This document shows positions 43,576 through 57,358 of a stretch of 64,000 nt of DNA, piece after piece. A program made the position numbers and the translations under genes. The stretch comes from the human T2T-CHM13v2.0 reference genome, Homo sapiens. The notes below the pieces were generated by a model. It did not search any database, was not told where the DNA came from, and saw nothing but the letters and a program-made list of their open reading frames with translations. The stretch lies in the NCBI RefSeq assembly GCF_009914755.1, contig NC_060930.1; one strand, written 5' to 3'. The first letter of the stretch is position 1. Each line of letters begins with the position of its first letter.

Positions 43576-45234
43576 GTCCTCCCTGACATTCTACCTGCAA
43601 AGGTCTTGAGCACCTCCCTTCTACTTTTCCACCCATCCCCCAAGATAAAGAAACAATGGCTTGGCAGGGAACCATATTCTTATCAAGCACCCTGCCATGG
43701 CTATCAAGATGATACCCCTTTTCACACAGTTTTAACTACATTTCCCAAGCAGGCTAAATGGAGTACAGAGTAACTGCCATGGGGCTCTGCCCCAGGTAGG
43801 TTTCCAATGAAATATGTGTATCAGTCCCAGCCAGATAAGAGTGGAACCAAGGCAGGAAGAATTAAGTAACTATTTGATGAATTCAAACTGATCTTGGTCT
43901 TCACTGCATGATCTCTCCTATCCACAGAGAATCCTCGAAGCTCATGGGTCCTCCCTAATTCAGTATCTTACACCCTAACATTTTTCCATCTTCTCTCTTC
44001 CCTTTTCAAAATTTTGTCAGTCCCACGTTCCATCTTTAAGGAAACATCTGTACTGCCAGGAATAATAGATTCTAGGTTAATAGCTTTCCCCTTCAACATA
44101 GGTACTTTATCAGGTGTTATCTGGTCCAAAGACTTTCAAAATTCTTTAAGAGTGGTAGAAATATTAAGAGGTAGATAGGTAGATAACCTGAGAGTACATT
44201 TTAAATATTGATTTTTTTTGACCTTGGATTGATTCTTACACGCTACTGGCATGGAAGAAACAGCCTAATAATTGGGGTCAGGAGGAAGGGCCTCTGGGGC
44301 CCTCAGCATGCCTGCAGGAACAAGTCTGAGCACAGGCAAGAACTAGAGAGATGATGTGGCTTCCTCATTTCTAGACCCCGAGGCTGTTCAGTCCCATACT
44401 GCACAAAACTTCAGGCTTTTAAGGTCTGCCTGTACTCCTTGAGAGACTCCAGGAAGGAAGCAGGAGGAGGCCTGGTAGATCTACACCACAGCTTTGAGCA
44501 GCTTACTCAGAATTTTTGGGTTGGCCATCAGCTGCATGGGGTGTCCAGCCTCACAATGGCTTTACTGGCAGCTTCCCGTAATCCTCTGCATCTGACTAAA
44601 GTGGGAACAGAGAGGTAGGTCTTGGAAAGTCACTGAATGGGGTACCTCCTTTTATTCTCCTACCCCTACTGGCAGCTGTCCAAACTCCAGCCATTCCCAA
44701 AACGTGGCAGGAATCCAAATACCACTGAGTGTACACAGATGCTGCTCCTTCTACCTAAAGCTTATCTAAATAACACCTCCTAAATTCATTTCAGCTATCA
44801 TCTGTGAAGTCTTCTAGTAATCCCTTTCTGGCCAGCTTTCCAAGAGTGGGAGCACTATTCTTTCCTACTACAGTTATCTGAACTGTAAGATGTAGAACAC
44901 CTGTCCTATTGTATGGCCTTTGATAACTGCTTCACTTTCTAAGCAGAATTTCTTAAACACAAGGAATCTCCCTTCGTCTCTCAAATCCCCAGTGCCTAGC
45001 ATGGTAGCATTCTCTAAGTGCGTTCATATGATATTTCTCCAGGTAGCCTGTAGGTTACAATTCTTTCAGGGTCCCTTTCCTCATTCCATCAGGCCTAAGG
45101 GTGATCACAGCTCCACTGTTGCTAATCACAGTTCAGCACACCTCACCCTTGCTTTGTAAAGGGTCCCCTTATAAACCTCCTCCAATTCTCCTAATACGTG
45201 GGAGCTGTCAGTTGAAAATTTGACTAATATTTAC

Positions 45235-45330
45235 GATAGTTATAATATAGTTAGCTTATAAAATATAGGTGTTATATAGTTATAATAGTTTATATCATAG
45301 TTAAATATACTTAAAATATAGTTACACATA
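45235..45330. repeat. AT-rich low-complexity (TATAGT-like) tract
   Basis: Directly visible. Confidence 0.7.
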
Positions 45331-46870
45331 TATTTTTAGTTTAATGTTTTATTCCTATAACATTTCTTCTGAAAAATAGGGGGCCTGTGATCAGACATAG
45401 CATATCAGAGAAAGTAAGAAGACAGAAGAAGCCACTTGGCCTGTTAGGGGTGTTAGGCTCTACTCCCGGGGGCAAGTATCCATTTCTGGTGGTAGGTAGC
45501 TACATCAGATCTGGCTCCAGACCCCATCAACCATGGGGTTGGCCCATCTGCATCCATGGTTTGATGGTACCCACCAGGATCTGGCCCAACTATGGCAGCA
45601 GCCCCATTCAGGCTCTGTATGGCAAGGGCACCAAACAGCAGCCACTGCCCAGGCCACCCACCCTGAGTGCTCGGTCAGCGAGGGCACGTGAGGGAGAGGA
45701 ACAGAATCTGCAACTGTGTGGGCTCCAGGTAGGTGCCTTCCTCTGAGATCTCATCTGGGGAAACTGCAGCCACCCAAAGGGTGCTTGTTAGATATTTAAA
45801 TTTCATTTGCAAGAGCAGTAGGAAAGATGCAATTAGGTCTTATACGAAAAGATGCTTCTGAGGAGAGCGAGTTCCTTCTGTATCCGGGAAGACTATTCTC
45901 TCCCTTCCAAGTCCCTCCACTGGGCAGCATCTTCCGAGAGACTTAATTGCCCCTTAACCTGCATCTGCAGGTAGCCTGGGTAGGACACCAGCTGGAGATG
46001 TAACAAGATCTGTCAGGAATGAGGCGGGGAGTGGAGAAGGAGTGGAGCACAGGGTCTGAGACAAAGAAATAGGCTCTTGCAGTTTGGGCGGATTATATAC
46101 AATGGGAAATACTGGTTGGTATTCATTAGTGTTTTACAGTTTATGAAACACTCTCATATTCACTCTTATCAGACCTTCATCGGATCTGGGAAATCCGTTA
46201 TAAATTAAGCATGCTGAGAGTTTTGAGAGCATTTCCCTGAAGTTACAGACTGCAATCCAAGTCTGATGACACATCTTTCTGTGCTCTAGGTCACACCTCT
46301 GGTGGCCCGCCTCGGTCCCCCCAGCCCACCTTTACTCTAGCTACAGCTGTCATACCAACTCCGGCACTGGAACCGCACATCTCACATTCTGCCCAGGGCC
46401 TTCTTTCACTTCCGGCTTTTGCAGGCACAGCTGAAAGCAGCACAAGCAATGAGCAGTTAATGACCAACGAGGTGACTTGACCAACCAGGTGACTTGACCA
46501 ACTAGGAAAGGGAGCCAGGAAGTAAGTATTCCCCTCTTCTGACCCTTGAACAGACAATTCTGGGGTGGTTGTGGGACTGCTACAGCTCCTGGAGAATCCC
46601 TGCAAAAACATACCTCCCTTGTCCTCAGTGGTAACAAGCTTGCTACACCACACACTTAATTTTGGATGCCCCTCCCTCCTTCCTGGTTTCACTTAATTTG
46701 TTTCCAAACTCAGTTTCCTGGAATCACTCCTCAGACTGCATTGAACCCACACCAGCCCTCACCATCAGGCTTTCATGCATGTCTTTCACGCATGGACCAC
46801 AGTTCCTTCTACCAGGTCAAGCGGTAGGGGTAGGAGAAGGACTGATACAGATGCTTTGCCAGTTACTACC

Positions 46871-47290
46871 TGTGTTCATTTCCTGTGGTTGCTAGAGTAC
46901 ATCGCCACAAATTGGGTGGCTTAAAATAATTTGTTCCATCAGTGTTGAGGCCAGAAGTCTGAGATTAAGGGATGGCCAGGGCCATGCCTCCTCAAAGCTC
47001 TAGGGAGGATTCTTTCCTTGCCTCTTCCAGCTTCTGATGACTCCGGGTGTACCCTGGCTTGTTGCGGCATAACTCCAAGCTCTGCCTCCACCTTCACATG
47101 GCCTTTTGTGTGTCAGATATCTCACTTTTCTTATAAGGCTGCTTGTCATCAAATTTAGGGGTCATTCTAAATTCAGGATGATATCATCTAATTTTCAAAG
47201 ATTCCATATCCAAAAGGTCATATTCACAGAGTTCTGGGGGTTAGGACTTTTACATACTTTTGAGGAGGGGTGGCTATTCAAACTTATTAT
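46871..47290 (-). mobile_element. MLT1B/C-like MaLR LTR
   Basis: ccacaaattgggtggcttaaaa...gaggccagaagtctgagatt...aaggtcatattcacagagttctgggggttagga. Confidence 0.8.
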
Positions 47291-48447
47291 CTGTACTATA
47301 CTACCTCTTTGTACAAAATACGAAAATAGCCAAGAGTCTCAGGATCTGAAAACCTAGAATAAAAGGTAGGTGAAAAGAAGGTGTGAGCCCAAAGACAGTG
47401 CTAGAGGAAGACAAGACAGCTGGAACAGTGTGGATATGTGACCAAAATCAGAGGCTGAGAAGCAGCCTGGTATGCCCAAAGTGTGCATACCTCACCTGGA
47501 ACCTGAGGCCAGGGCCTGCAAGTAGGAGCAAGGCACCAACAAACTGGCCCTTGAAGCTCTCAAGGGTACATAGGTCCCATCCAGGTCACTCTGCACCTTC
47601 ATGAAAGAGCAGAGTGCACAAACCTAGGAGTGTGGACTAGATTGCTGTGAGTGGAAGCAGACCACTGCTAGGAGTCTGAAAAGTTCAAGCCCAAAAGAAG
47701 AAACGGGTATCTTCCTCTGGACTAAATGGTGGCAGTGTATCAATGATATGGAAAAACTAAGCTCCCAGATTTTTTTCCAGAGAGAAAAAAGGAATACAAG
47801 ATTGAGAGCCTGAGTAGAAGGGAAAGAAATGGAGGAGACAGAACAGACTATGAGCATTGGCACTCTAAGAGTTGGGCACTGTGGTAGGAGCTGTCCCAAA
47901 TCTAATTAAAGATGTGTAAGAATACAACTAGAAATTTAAGTGGCACAAATTATAGACACATATACTGTTATATACTATATAAGACTCAGAAAAGCATAAA
48001 TTTTGCCTGTAATTAAGCTAAACAAAAAAGCCAGTTATATTTAGTGTTTGCAAAAATGGATTTGTACTCATGTTTATAATTCATCACATTTTGTATTTTC
48101 CCATGTCAAAGTACATTTCAACATTATTTTTTTATGGCCATAGAGCATTCTGTTTTGAGCTACCATAATTTAACTATACTGCTGAGCATTTAAGTTCTAT
48201 TTCTATATTTTTCTATTATAAGCACTGCAATGAGTTTTTATATACTTGCTTAATGACATGAGACAAATTTTCAGTAGAATTTGCTGAGTAAAAGGAGGTA
48301 TGTGTATTTGTTCCCTTCAAGTCTAATTCTCTTTTATTGGGGTAAAATTTACGTATAGAGAAATGCATAGATCTTCCGTGTACAACCTAATGAATTTTAA
48401 CAACTGTATATGCCTGTTTAACCACCAAACACTCAATATATAAACTA

Positions 48448-48756
48448 CAGCCACGTGTGGCTTAATGATGGGGATTTGTTCTGATAAATGCATTAGGGGA
48501 TTTAGTCATTGTGCAAACAGAGTACTTAAACCTAGATGGTATAAGCCTACTACACAACTAGGCTATATGACACAGCTTATTGCTCTGGACTACAAACCTA
48601 TACAGCATATTACTGAATATTGTAGGCAGTTGTAGCATAATGGTAAGTATTTGTATATTTAAATGTATCTAAACATAGAAAAAGATATGGTATCAATCTT
48701 ACAGGACCAACTCATTTGGTCCATCGTTGACCAAAACATCATGTGGTACTTGACTA
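48448..48756. mobile_element. Tigger3-like (MER7/Golem) DNA transposon inside an old antisense L1
   Basis: Starts TA|cag...; gttctgataaatgcatt, aaacctagatggtata, aacatagaaaa, catcgttgaccaaaacatc. Confidence 0.8.
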
Positions 48757-48963
48757 TTTCTACTACTCAGGAAACCTCCCTCACACTCTTAGTAGTTATT
48801 TTCTATTCTGACACCTTATAGGCAAATCCCATTCTAATTTCTATCACAACAGGTTTTGCCTGTCCTTGAACTTTACACAGAATCACAGCTTCTCTTTCGT
48901 GTCTGGCTTTTACTGGAAAAAAAAAAAGTTTTGAGATTCATCTTGTCACATGTATCCGTTCTT

Positions 48964-49343
48964 GCTATGATTTGAATGTGTCCTCCAAAGTTTGTGTTGG
49001 AGACAATCCCCAATGCAACAGTGCTGAGAGGTGGGACCCTTAAGATGTCATTAGGTCACAAAGACTTTGCCCTTTTGAATGCATTAATGCCATTGTCATG
49101 GAATAGAGTTGGTTATCACTGGATTGTGTTTCTGATGAAAAGGATTAGTTTGGACCCCTTCCTAATGCTCCCCTCCCATCTCCCTTCCATATTCTTGCCA
49201 TATGCTTTCCACATTATGACACAGCAAGAAGCCTTCACCAGGTGTGGTCCCTTGACAGACTTCCCAGCCTCCAGAACTGTAATAAATCTCTAAAGTTACC
49301 CAGTCTCACATATTCTGTTATAGTAACACGAAATGGACTGGCA
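48964..49343 (+). mobile_element. MST-like MaLR solo LTR
   Basis: tgctatgatttgaatgtgtcctccaaag...acttcccagcctccagaactgt...aaatggact. Confidence 0.8.
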
Positions 49344-49529
49344 ATTTATTAGTTTGTATTTTTGTATTTTGTTTTTATTCCTTGTAGGGAAGACACAGTT
49401 TGCCTTTGTTATTTTCTACACTGTATGACTGTATCACAGTTTGTGACCCTGCTCCACAGTCTTGGCTTACCGGCTTACAGAGGGTAGTAGAAAATCTCTT
49501 AAGTCCTGGAATGACAGTCTAAAGGGCTC

Positions 49530-51735
49530 TTCAATGATCAGAATTTTTGTGTCCTCCCAAAATTCATGTTGAACCCTAATTATCAATAAGTTGTTAGGAG
49601 GTAGGACCTTTGGTAGGTGATTAGATCATGAGGGTGGAACCTTCATGATGTATGAGATTTTTGCCCTTACAAGAGAACCCCAGCCCCAGACAGCTGCCTC
49701 ACCTCTTCTACCAGCAAGAAACTATATCTATAAGCCAGAAAATGGGACGTCAGACAGCAAATATACTGGTGCCTTAATCTTGAACTTCCCAGCCTCCAGA
49801 ATTATGAGAAATACATTTCTGTTTATTAGCTATCTAATCTAAGGTATTGTTATATCAGACTGAATGGATGCAAAATTGGTGCTGAGAAGTAGGATAGGTG
49901 CCCCTGCAACAAATACCTAAAATGTGGAAGCAGCTTTGGAGCTAGATAGTGGGTAAAGACAGGAAGAGTTGAGGTTCGTGCTAGAGAAAGCCTGCATTGC
50001 CATGAACAGACTGTAAAGGGTGATTCTGGTGGGGACTTGTAAGGAGTAGGAGAGCTATAGAGAAAGGCTCAGTCTTCTTAGAGAATACTTATATGCTCAT
50101 GAACAGAATTCTGATAGAAATATGAATGGTAAAGGCCATTCTGATGAGCTATGAGATGCAGAAAATGTTCTTGGAAACTGGAGGAAAAGCGATCAGTCAC
50201 AAAGAACTTGACTGAATTATGTTTATCTTCTAGTGTTTCGTGGAAGGTAGAATTTGTGAACGATGAAATAGGATATTTGGCTGAAGAAATTTCTAAGCAA
50301 AGTGTCGAAGGTGTGACTTGGCTTCTCTTGAATGCTTAAATGCACAAAGAAACAATTTAAAGATGAAATTTGTAATCAAATGTAATTGATTACAAAATGT
50401 AATCCAAACTTAAGTTTGGGAAATTATCAGGAATGAGAAAGCTTGTTTAGGAGAAAACAAGGGGATGACCATCTGATAAAGAGATTAGTCAGTAACCTAA
50501 AGAGAAGCCAGGACTTACTGTCCCAGGCAATGGAAGATAAGCCCTGAAGACAGTTCAGAAATCAAGGTACCACCCAATCACAGGCCCAGAATGCAGGGGT
50601 CTATGGAGCCAGGATGATTTTAAAGGAGGGGCTGCTATAGTGGTCCCACCTCACATCATAGGCTCCACTCCCTGAGCTCCATTGCCACACACGTTGTCTA
50701 TGCTAGGTGCAGTGTGCACTGTACCAGGAGAAGCTATGGAGGTATGGCAGCCTCTACCTAAGATTGCCAAGGATGCCCCAGAAAACTGTGGGGTAGGGCC
50801 CGTCATAGAAAGCCCCTACCAGGGCAATGCCCAGCAGAGTCATGGGGGATAAGCCATTCCTAAGACCACAAAACTGGTAGAGCTACTGGTATGCAATTCT
50901 AGCCTAGAAGAGCCAGCCACCCACTATAACCCACGAAAGCTGTGGCATGGGCTGTACCTAGCAAAGTCATGAGGGTGGTGCCACTGAAGGCCTTGAGGGT
51001 CCAACTTCCACCTTAGTGGGTCTAGAGGTGGGACATCAAGTCAGAGAAAGATTCTGGAGCCTTAAGATTTGTTGTTTGCCCTGTTGAGCTTTGGACTTGC
51101 TTGGGCCCCAATACCTTTTTCTTCCCTATTTCCTTATTTTAAAATGGAAATGTCTATCCTCTCTCCATCCCTCCAGTGTGTTTTGGGTGCATATAACATG
51201 TTTGATTTCATAGGTCACAGCTGGAGAGCAATGTGCTCTAAGATGAATCATTCCTTGAGTCTCATCCATATCTGATTTAGATAATATTAGATGAGACTTT
51301 GAACTTCAACTTTGAAGTTGATACTGGAATGAGTTAAGAATTTTGGCACTATTGAGATGAATGAATACCTAATGTGAGAAGGATAAGTTTTAGAGGTCCA
51401 GGGATGGGATACTATCATCTGTTTTCCCCAAATTTGTATGTTGACACCCAATCACCAATGTGATATTAGAAGGTAGAGCCATTTGGGAGATGATTAGGTC
51501 ATGAGGATAGAGCCTTCATGAATGGGATTAATGCTCTTATAAAAGAGACCCCAGAGATCTACCTTTCCATTTCCATCATGTGAGGATATAGTGAGAAGGC
51601 ATCATCTATGAACTAGGAAGTAGTCCCCTACCATTATCTTGATCTTGTACATCTCAGCCTCAAGAACTGTGAGAAATACATTTATAAGCCATTCTGCCTA
51701 TGATATTCTGGTACAGCAGTTTGAACACGTTGATT
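49530..51735 (+). mobile_element. MLT1A-type MaLR with both LTRs and internal region (LTRs ~49530-49872 and ~51410-51735)
   Basis: Two similar ~340-bp LTRs flank MaLR-internal motifs (aaatacctaaaatgtggaagcagctttggagct; ggatatttggctgaagaaatttctaagcaaagtg). Confidence 0.85.
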
Positions 51736-53578
51736 CCTATGTATTTGCCCCTGAAAACAACAAGTTAGAGATGATACCCAAAGGAACAGGCATTCACTCA
51801 TGGTCTTATGGTTCTATAGGATCTGAGTCTCCTTGGCAGCCTTGAGTCAGAAATAGCTCACTTACAACAGTAAGATGGGAAGGGAGTAGAGGAGAGAACT
51901 GAATACATAAGGGTTAGACTTCTAGATAATAGAATTTCCCCCGCCTGATGATTTAACAACTCCAATACTCCAGGGGGCAGTAACTCTGGAGGAGGTTGGT
52001 TAATTATTGCCAGGCTGAGGAATCAAGTTTCCCCAAGACCCCAGTTTTCTGGGCTGCATTTCATACCAATTAAAAATCTAATCCAATGGGACCCCTTACC
52101 CAGCAAGTTAACTTCATGGACTTTGGTGAACTGATGCTTTTAATAGACTTGTATTTTGGTGGACTCTGCCACAGCTGTAACTCCTCCTCAATCAAGTCAG
52201 CAAGACCAGATCTAGGGAACAAGGGCCACTGGCACAAGGTGGGACAGAGCAGTGAGGGTGGAGAAAAGTAGGGAGTTAGAAAAAGCACTTTGGGGGATCA
52301 TTCATTTTTTTGACCAACTATTTATGGTTAGCAGCAACTGACTGGGAGTCAGTTATTCTATAAGATTTCATTCAGTTAATTGGGTTTTAAATGCCAGACA
52401 CTGGGGATAGATTTTTCAGGAGCTAGGAGTTTATAGGGGAAAAACCTCTGGTACCTCCACATACCCTCAAATACACATATTCATGCCCTAGACTATGCCT
52501 CATTTCTCCATTTTACAGTTGTACCTATGAACTAAAGCCTTATGTCTAGAATGTTTTGGTTAATCACTTGCCCCTCCCAGGAACGTTTCTACTTTAAGTT
52601 ATGATCCAGTCATAGAACCCAGGTAGAGAGCTGGAATAAGAGACAAATGGGGCTAATGGAGACAAACCACCATAATGTGTTGAGAGTCATATGGCATTTA
52701 AGAAATGGCTTGGGTGATACACTAGTTAGGATTTGACTCCTGCTTCTAAACATAAAACAGATACTTTGACAGAAGTGCCACAATGGACAAAATTCTAAGA
52801 TGCACTATTTTCTTGGCTTATGATTTCTAATGTAATTTTAACAAGTATTTATGGTATAGCTGTGACACCAGCACTGTGGGGGTGGAAGAGGGTATACAGA
52901 AGGAATAGAAACTCTGGCTAAAAAACCACCATTTCTAGTCTGAAGGATGGCCCTATAAAATTTAGACTATTTGGTTGCCTTAATTTCAGATGGAGCCATT
53001 TCTAGAAATTATTTCAGGGTTTAAGCCCATGCAGACATCAGGAGTTAGGGTTGATAAGACTGGGGTAGCTCATGGAATTCCAGATGTCAGACTAAGTAGC
53101 TTTAACACTGGCCCCTATTTTCTGAATCAAAAAATCAGGGACCTAGGGTTTGAAGTAGTATGTTCACTCCTACTACAACTTCAGTCCATTCTGTTATAAA
53201 ACTGATTCAGGCACAAAAGCAGCTCTGACCACCAACCACCTCATTGGGGATAAGATTATGATGGAGACTATCCAGCTGTCCCTCATTTGGTGGTGGGGAG
53301 GGAGTTGGAGGTTTTAGATAAGTCTGTATATAAGGCATCTAGTAAATTACCCAAAGATGATCTTGGAGAAAAGACATTGGAACATCTTCATCCTTGCAAA
53401 TAGAAAAAATGGTAGCTCGAGTGCCTTGAGCTTCCTGGAGCTAGGCAAAGACAGCTTTTTGCTGTAGGCTGGTAACACTGTAAATACAAAATGACAGGCT
53501 ATGACAGAAAAAAAATAATGAAAAACTGACCCTAATTAATTTTATACAGTCATTCAGGTGTGTGGTGAATATTCCTAT

Positions 53579-54116
53579 TGTGATGGTTAATATTAAGTGT
53601 CAACTTGCTAGAAGGATGCAAAGTATTGTTTCTGGGTGTGTCTGTGAGGGTGCCAGAGGAGATTTACATTTGAGTCAGTGGACTGAGAGAGGCAGACCCA
53701 CCCTCAGGTCTTGGTGGGCCCCAATCAGCTGCCAGCACTGCTAGAAAAAGCAGGTGGAAGAAGATGGAATGAGTTGACTTGCTGAGTCTTCTGGCCTTCA
53801 TCTTTCTCCCATGCTGGATGATTCCTTCCCTCGAACATCAGACTCCAGGTTCTTTGGCTTTTGGACTTACACCAGTGGTTTGCCAGGGAGTCTCGGGCCT
53901 TCGACTACAGACTGAAGGCTGCACTGTTGGCTTCCCTGTTTTTGATGTTTCAGGACTTGGAGTGAGCCACTACAGGCTTCCTTGTTCAACTTGCAGATGG
54001 CCTGTCCCTGGGACTTCACCTTGTCATTGTGTGAGTAGATTCTCCTTAATAAACTCCCTTTCATATATGCATATATCCTATTAGTTGTGTCTCTCTGGAG
54101 AACCCTGACTAATACA
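53579..54116 (+). mobile_element. MLT2A (HERV-L) solo LTR, MLT2A2-like
   Basis: tgtgatggttaatatt...gagaaccctgactaataca; perfect 5-bp TSD CCTAT (53574-53578, 54117-54121). Confidence 0.93.
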
Positions 54117-56025
54117 CCTATTTTGTGCTAGACTGCCTCCCTCCAACCTCCCTGAATGTTCTGTTCCTTGAATTCACCCTTCTCTTCCTTCACAAACAAG
54201 GCAGCCTGTGAAGGAAGAGAGCATGGTTTTAACAAATATTTATGGTATAGCAGTGTGGTGGTCCATCCTAGGGGTGGGAAGGCTGAGAGGAAAACAGCAT
54301 AAATAGGAAGATGAGAGAATCCCCCCTGAACCTTCTCAATAAAATTTGCTGCCCATTCCACTCAGCAGCTTCCATAATAGTTCACTGGGCCAGGCATTTT
54401 CCACGAGCTCTGCCTTATGCTCCAAAGGTCAGAACTGTAATTGCTTCTTCCCTCTAAGGACCCTGACATTTACAGAGCCCAACTATGAGCTCAAGCTCAC
54501 CTCCAGCAGCCAAGATGGCTCCCAGGAGTCCCTCCATTCAAACATGCATTTTCTGAGCACAAACATGGATCACATTTATCAAAACATCTTGCTTGTCACT
54601 AGGGACTAAAGATGAGAGTACTGCCCTTGAGGGAGCTTATAGTCTTACATTGAAGTTTGCCACCTCGGCCTGCTTTCTGGTTCTCTTTTCTATCAAAATT
54701 TGGCCATTCCCACTAGGTTCCACAAAGATTCACCACAGCTCTACTGAAATGGGACATATGAGGGCATCGATGCTAAAGATTCACCTTGTGCCCCAAGAAT
54801 TATCTGTATTCCTTTCTAGGGCAAAACAGTAAACTCCTTGTCCCCATATATAATTCACTCTCAGGTCCCCAAGGTATACCTTCAGCAAAGTTGATCTTCT
54901 TCCTTTCTTCCCATGACAATTATTGCTGTGAAGTTATTTAAGTTGGGGATGAATTACAAACACAGAAGTCACAGGAGTCTAATAATCTAGGCAAAGAACT
55001 AAGGGAGACGTCCTAAGGGGCTCTAAATTTAAGGAATCCTATCACACCCTTAGCACCTCCCGTCTGTGCCACGTATCTCCACCTTGGCATCTGCCTTGCT
55101 CCTTTCCTATCCACGATGGCACCTCAAGTGCCACCTCTTATTAAAGGTCCCATCCAACTCAGAGGGAGGAGGTGGAGCGGTACTTCCATGTACCAATAAA
55201 CAGAAAGCTAATAGGATTGATACAAAAGTGATGCCACTGGATGTAATTTAATACAGTAGCAGCAATTGGTAAATGATATTTACCTATAAAAAACTGGTCA
55301 CCATTTTCAAATTAAAAATTCAGAGTTTCCCATGTGAACATCACTCATGACTCTCCTCTGCTCCTTCTTACCAGCTCAGTTCCACTGAACTGCCATGTGT
55401 CTGGCATCAGTGGTTATACACAGAGGGAGGAGCCCTGTGTAACAGGCCTATCACATTACCTGGGGGACAAGCACCTTCCCGCCTCCACCAAAACAATGAC
55501 ATTCTAAATACACTTGGGTTATCTGCAGTATATTCATGGAAGGAAATATGAGGGTCAGGGGATGTAGAGAATCTGTCAACACTATGAAATCTCAGCCAGG
55601 CCCAGATTGAAGTGGCAGTGAGCCATCCTAGGTTTTTCCGCCTGAATTTCAACCTGAGCCCTTCTCAGAAATTGTGATTTTGCTACTCAAGGAGTTTTAC
55701 TTCTATTAAGATAGGAGCGATTAACATGCCTTCTGAATTTGAATCAAGAGATCAAATTAGTTTGTGGACAGAGATAATGAACTTAGTCAATATTAATAAA
55801 GAAAGTAAACTGCAGAAATGGGTATCTTATATATGAAAATGTCAGTAGCCGTAAGATATTGATAAGAACCTCTATGCAAAGATGTAGTTCTCAGTTTCCC
55901 TCAAATCTTCCCAATAGGTTGTATCCTCCCTTGTAGGGGCATGGGGAAATCATTGCATAAAAGTAGGCATATTTTGTTCAAGTTGATATTTGGATAAAGT
56001 AAAAGTAGGCAGGGTTTTGCTAAAC

Positions 56026-56306
56026 TTTGAGACAGGATCTTACCATGTTGCCCAGGCTGGACTTGAACTCCTGCACTTAAAGGATCCTCCCGCCTGAGCC
56101 TCCCAAGTAGCTAGGACTACAGTCATGTGTCACTGTGCCTGGCAAATCTTGTGGTGTTTCACTTGGTTGTATTTTTTTTTTTTTAGTTTTGAGAAAGCAT
56201 CTTGCTATGTTGATCAGGATGGTCTCAAACTCCTGGGCTCAAGTGGTCTTCCCATCTCAGCCTCTGGAATAGCTGGGATTACAGGCCTGCACCACCACAT
56301 GATGCC
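56026..56306 (-). mobile_element. Two tandem FLAM-like Alu monomers (about 56026-56143 and 56172-56306)
   Basis: Each is a left-monomer-type unit (ttgcccaggctgg...gaactcctg...aagnnatcctccc...agctgggattacagg). Confidence 0.75.
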
Positions 56307-57204
56307 AAGAACTTTGCTAAGCCTTTAACCAAGAACACCTCTCCCCACCGATCCTGTGGGTAGAGGGAAAGGCAGGACTGTCTGGTAACAAGAAAACTCT
56401 CCTCAAATGGGCAGTGGCAGACATCCACACAGCAGCTCCCCCTCAAATGGACTTCTCAGGGACACAGATGCCAGACTCATCTTAAGAATCTAGAAAAGTC
56501 AATTTATCTAAGACTAAGAGGTGGGTATTTCAGGATAAGTTGATTAAGAATACCTTGCTCCCTGCAGCAATATGTGCCCTGGTTCTGGGACTTGAGTCTT
56601 CAACAAATAGCCAAATGGACCCTTGGCAGGTTTCCTTGGAACAGGTCCCCAGTCCCAAATCCCATGACCCCACTATGGCACGGTTTGAGGGCTGCACTGC
56701 TCCTCCTTGAGATCTTTGGAGACAAAGTATAGGTGTGCATACAGAGAAGGGGGCCTGGTATTCAACAATCTATAATAGGGCTCAAAAGGGATTGACACAG
56801 CCAGGGACTTAGTTTATGTTTCCTCAAAGGATTCAATGCAGGTTTATTTGGGAGATACAGAGGAACTGGTAGGGACATAGGAAGTGATACAGAGAAGGGA
56901 AGGAGGCCAAAAAAGCTACAGAAAGGAAGGGCAACAGGAACTTACTTCCTTTTGGAGACCCTAGGTACTGGTGCAGAGTTAATGTCTCAGAATTATCTCT
57001 CCCAGGTCGGGTGTGTGTGTAAGAGGAAGTTGGGGTACTTATGTTCTTGCCAGTTACTGGTTGAGGGCAGCTCTAAGGTAATGTCAATTGCCTTATAATT
57101 TCAGAAAAAAGCTATCAGATGCAAATGCTGGCAAAAGTCAGCCCTGAGTACTCTAAAGGTCCAAGGAAAATAGGAGGGTCACTAACAGATTCTGTGTAGC
57201 CAGT

Positions 57205-57358
57205 TATATATACATACACACATATATACATATGTACACACATATACATATATACATATATACACATATACATACATATATACACATATATACACATACA
57301 CACATATATACATATATATACACACACATGCACACACACGCACACACACACGTATACA
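57205..57358. repeat. Compound (TA)n/(CATA)n/(CA)n microsatellite
   Basis: Directly visible alternating purine-pyrimidine tract. Confidence 0.95.
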
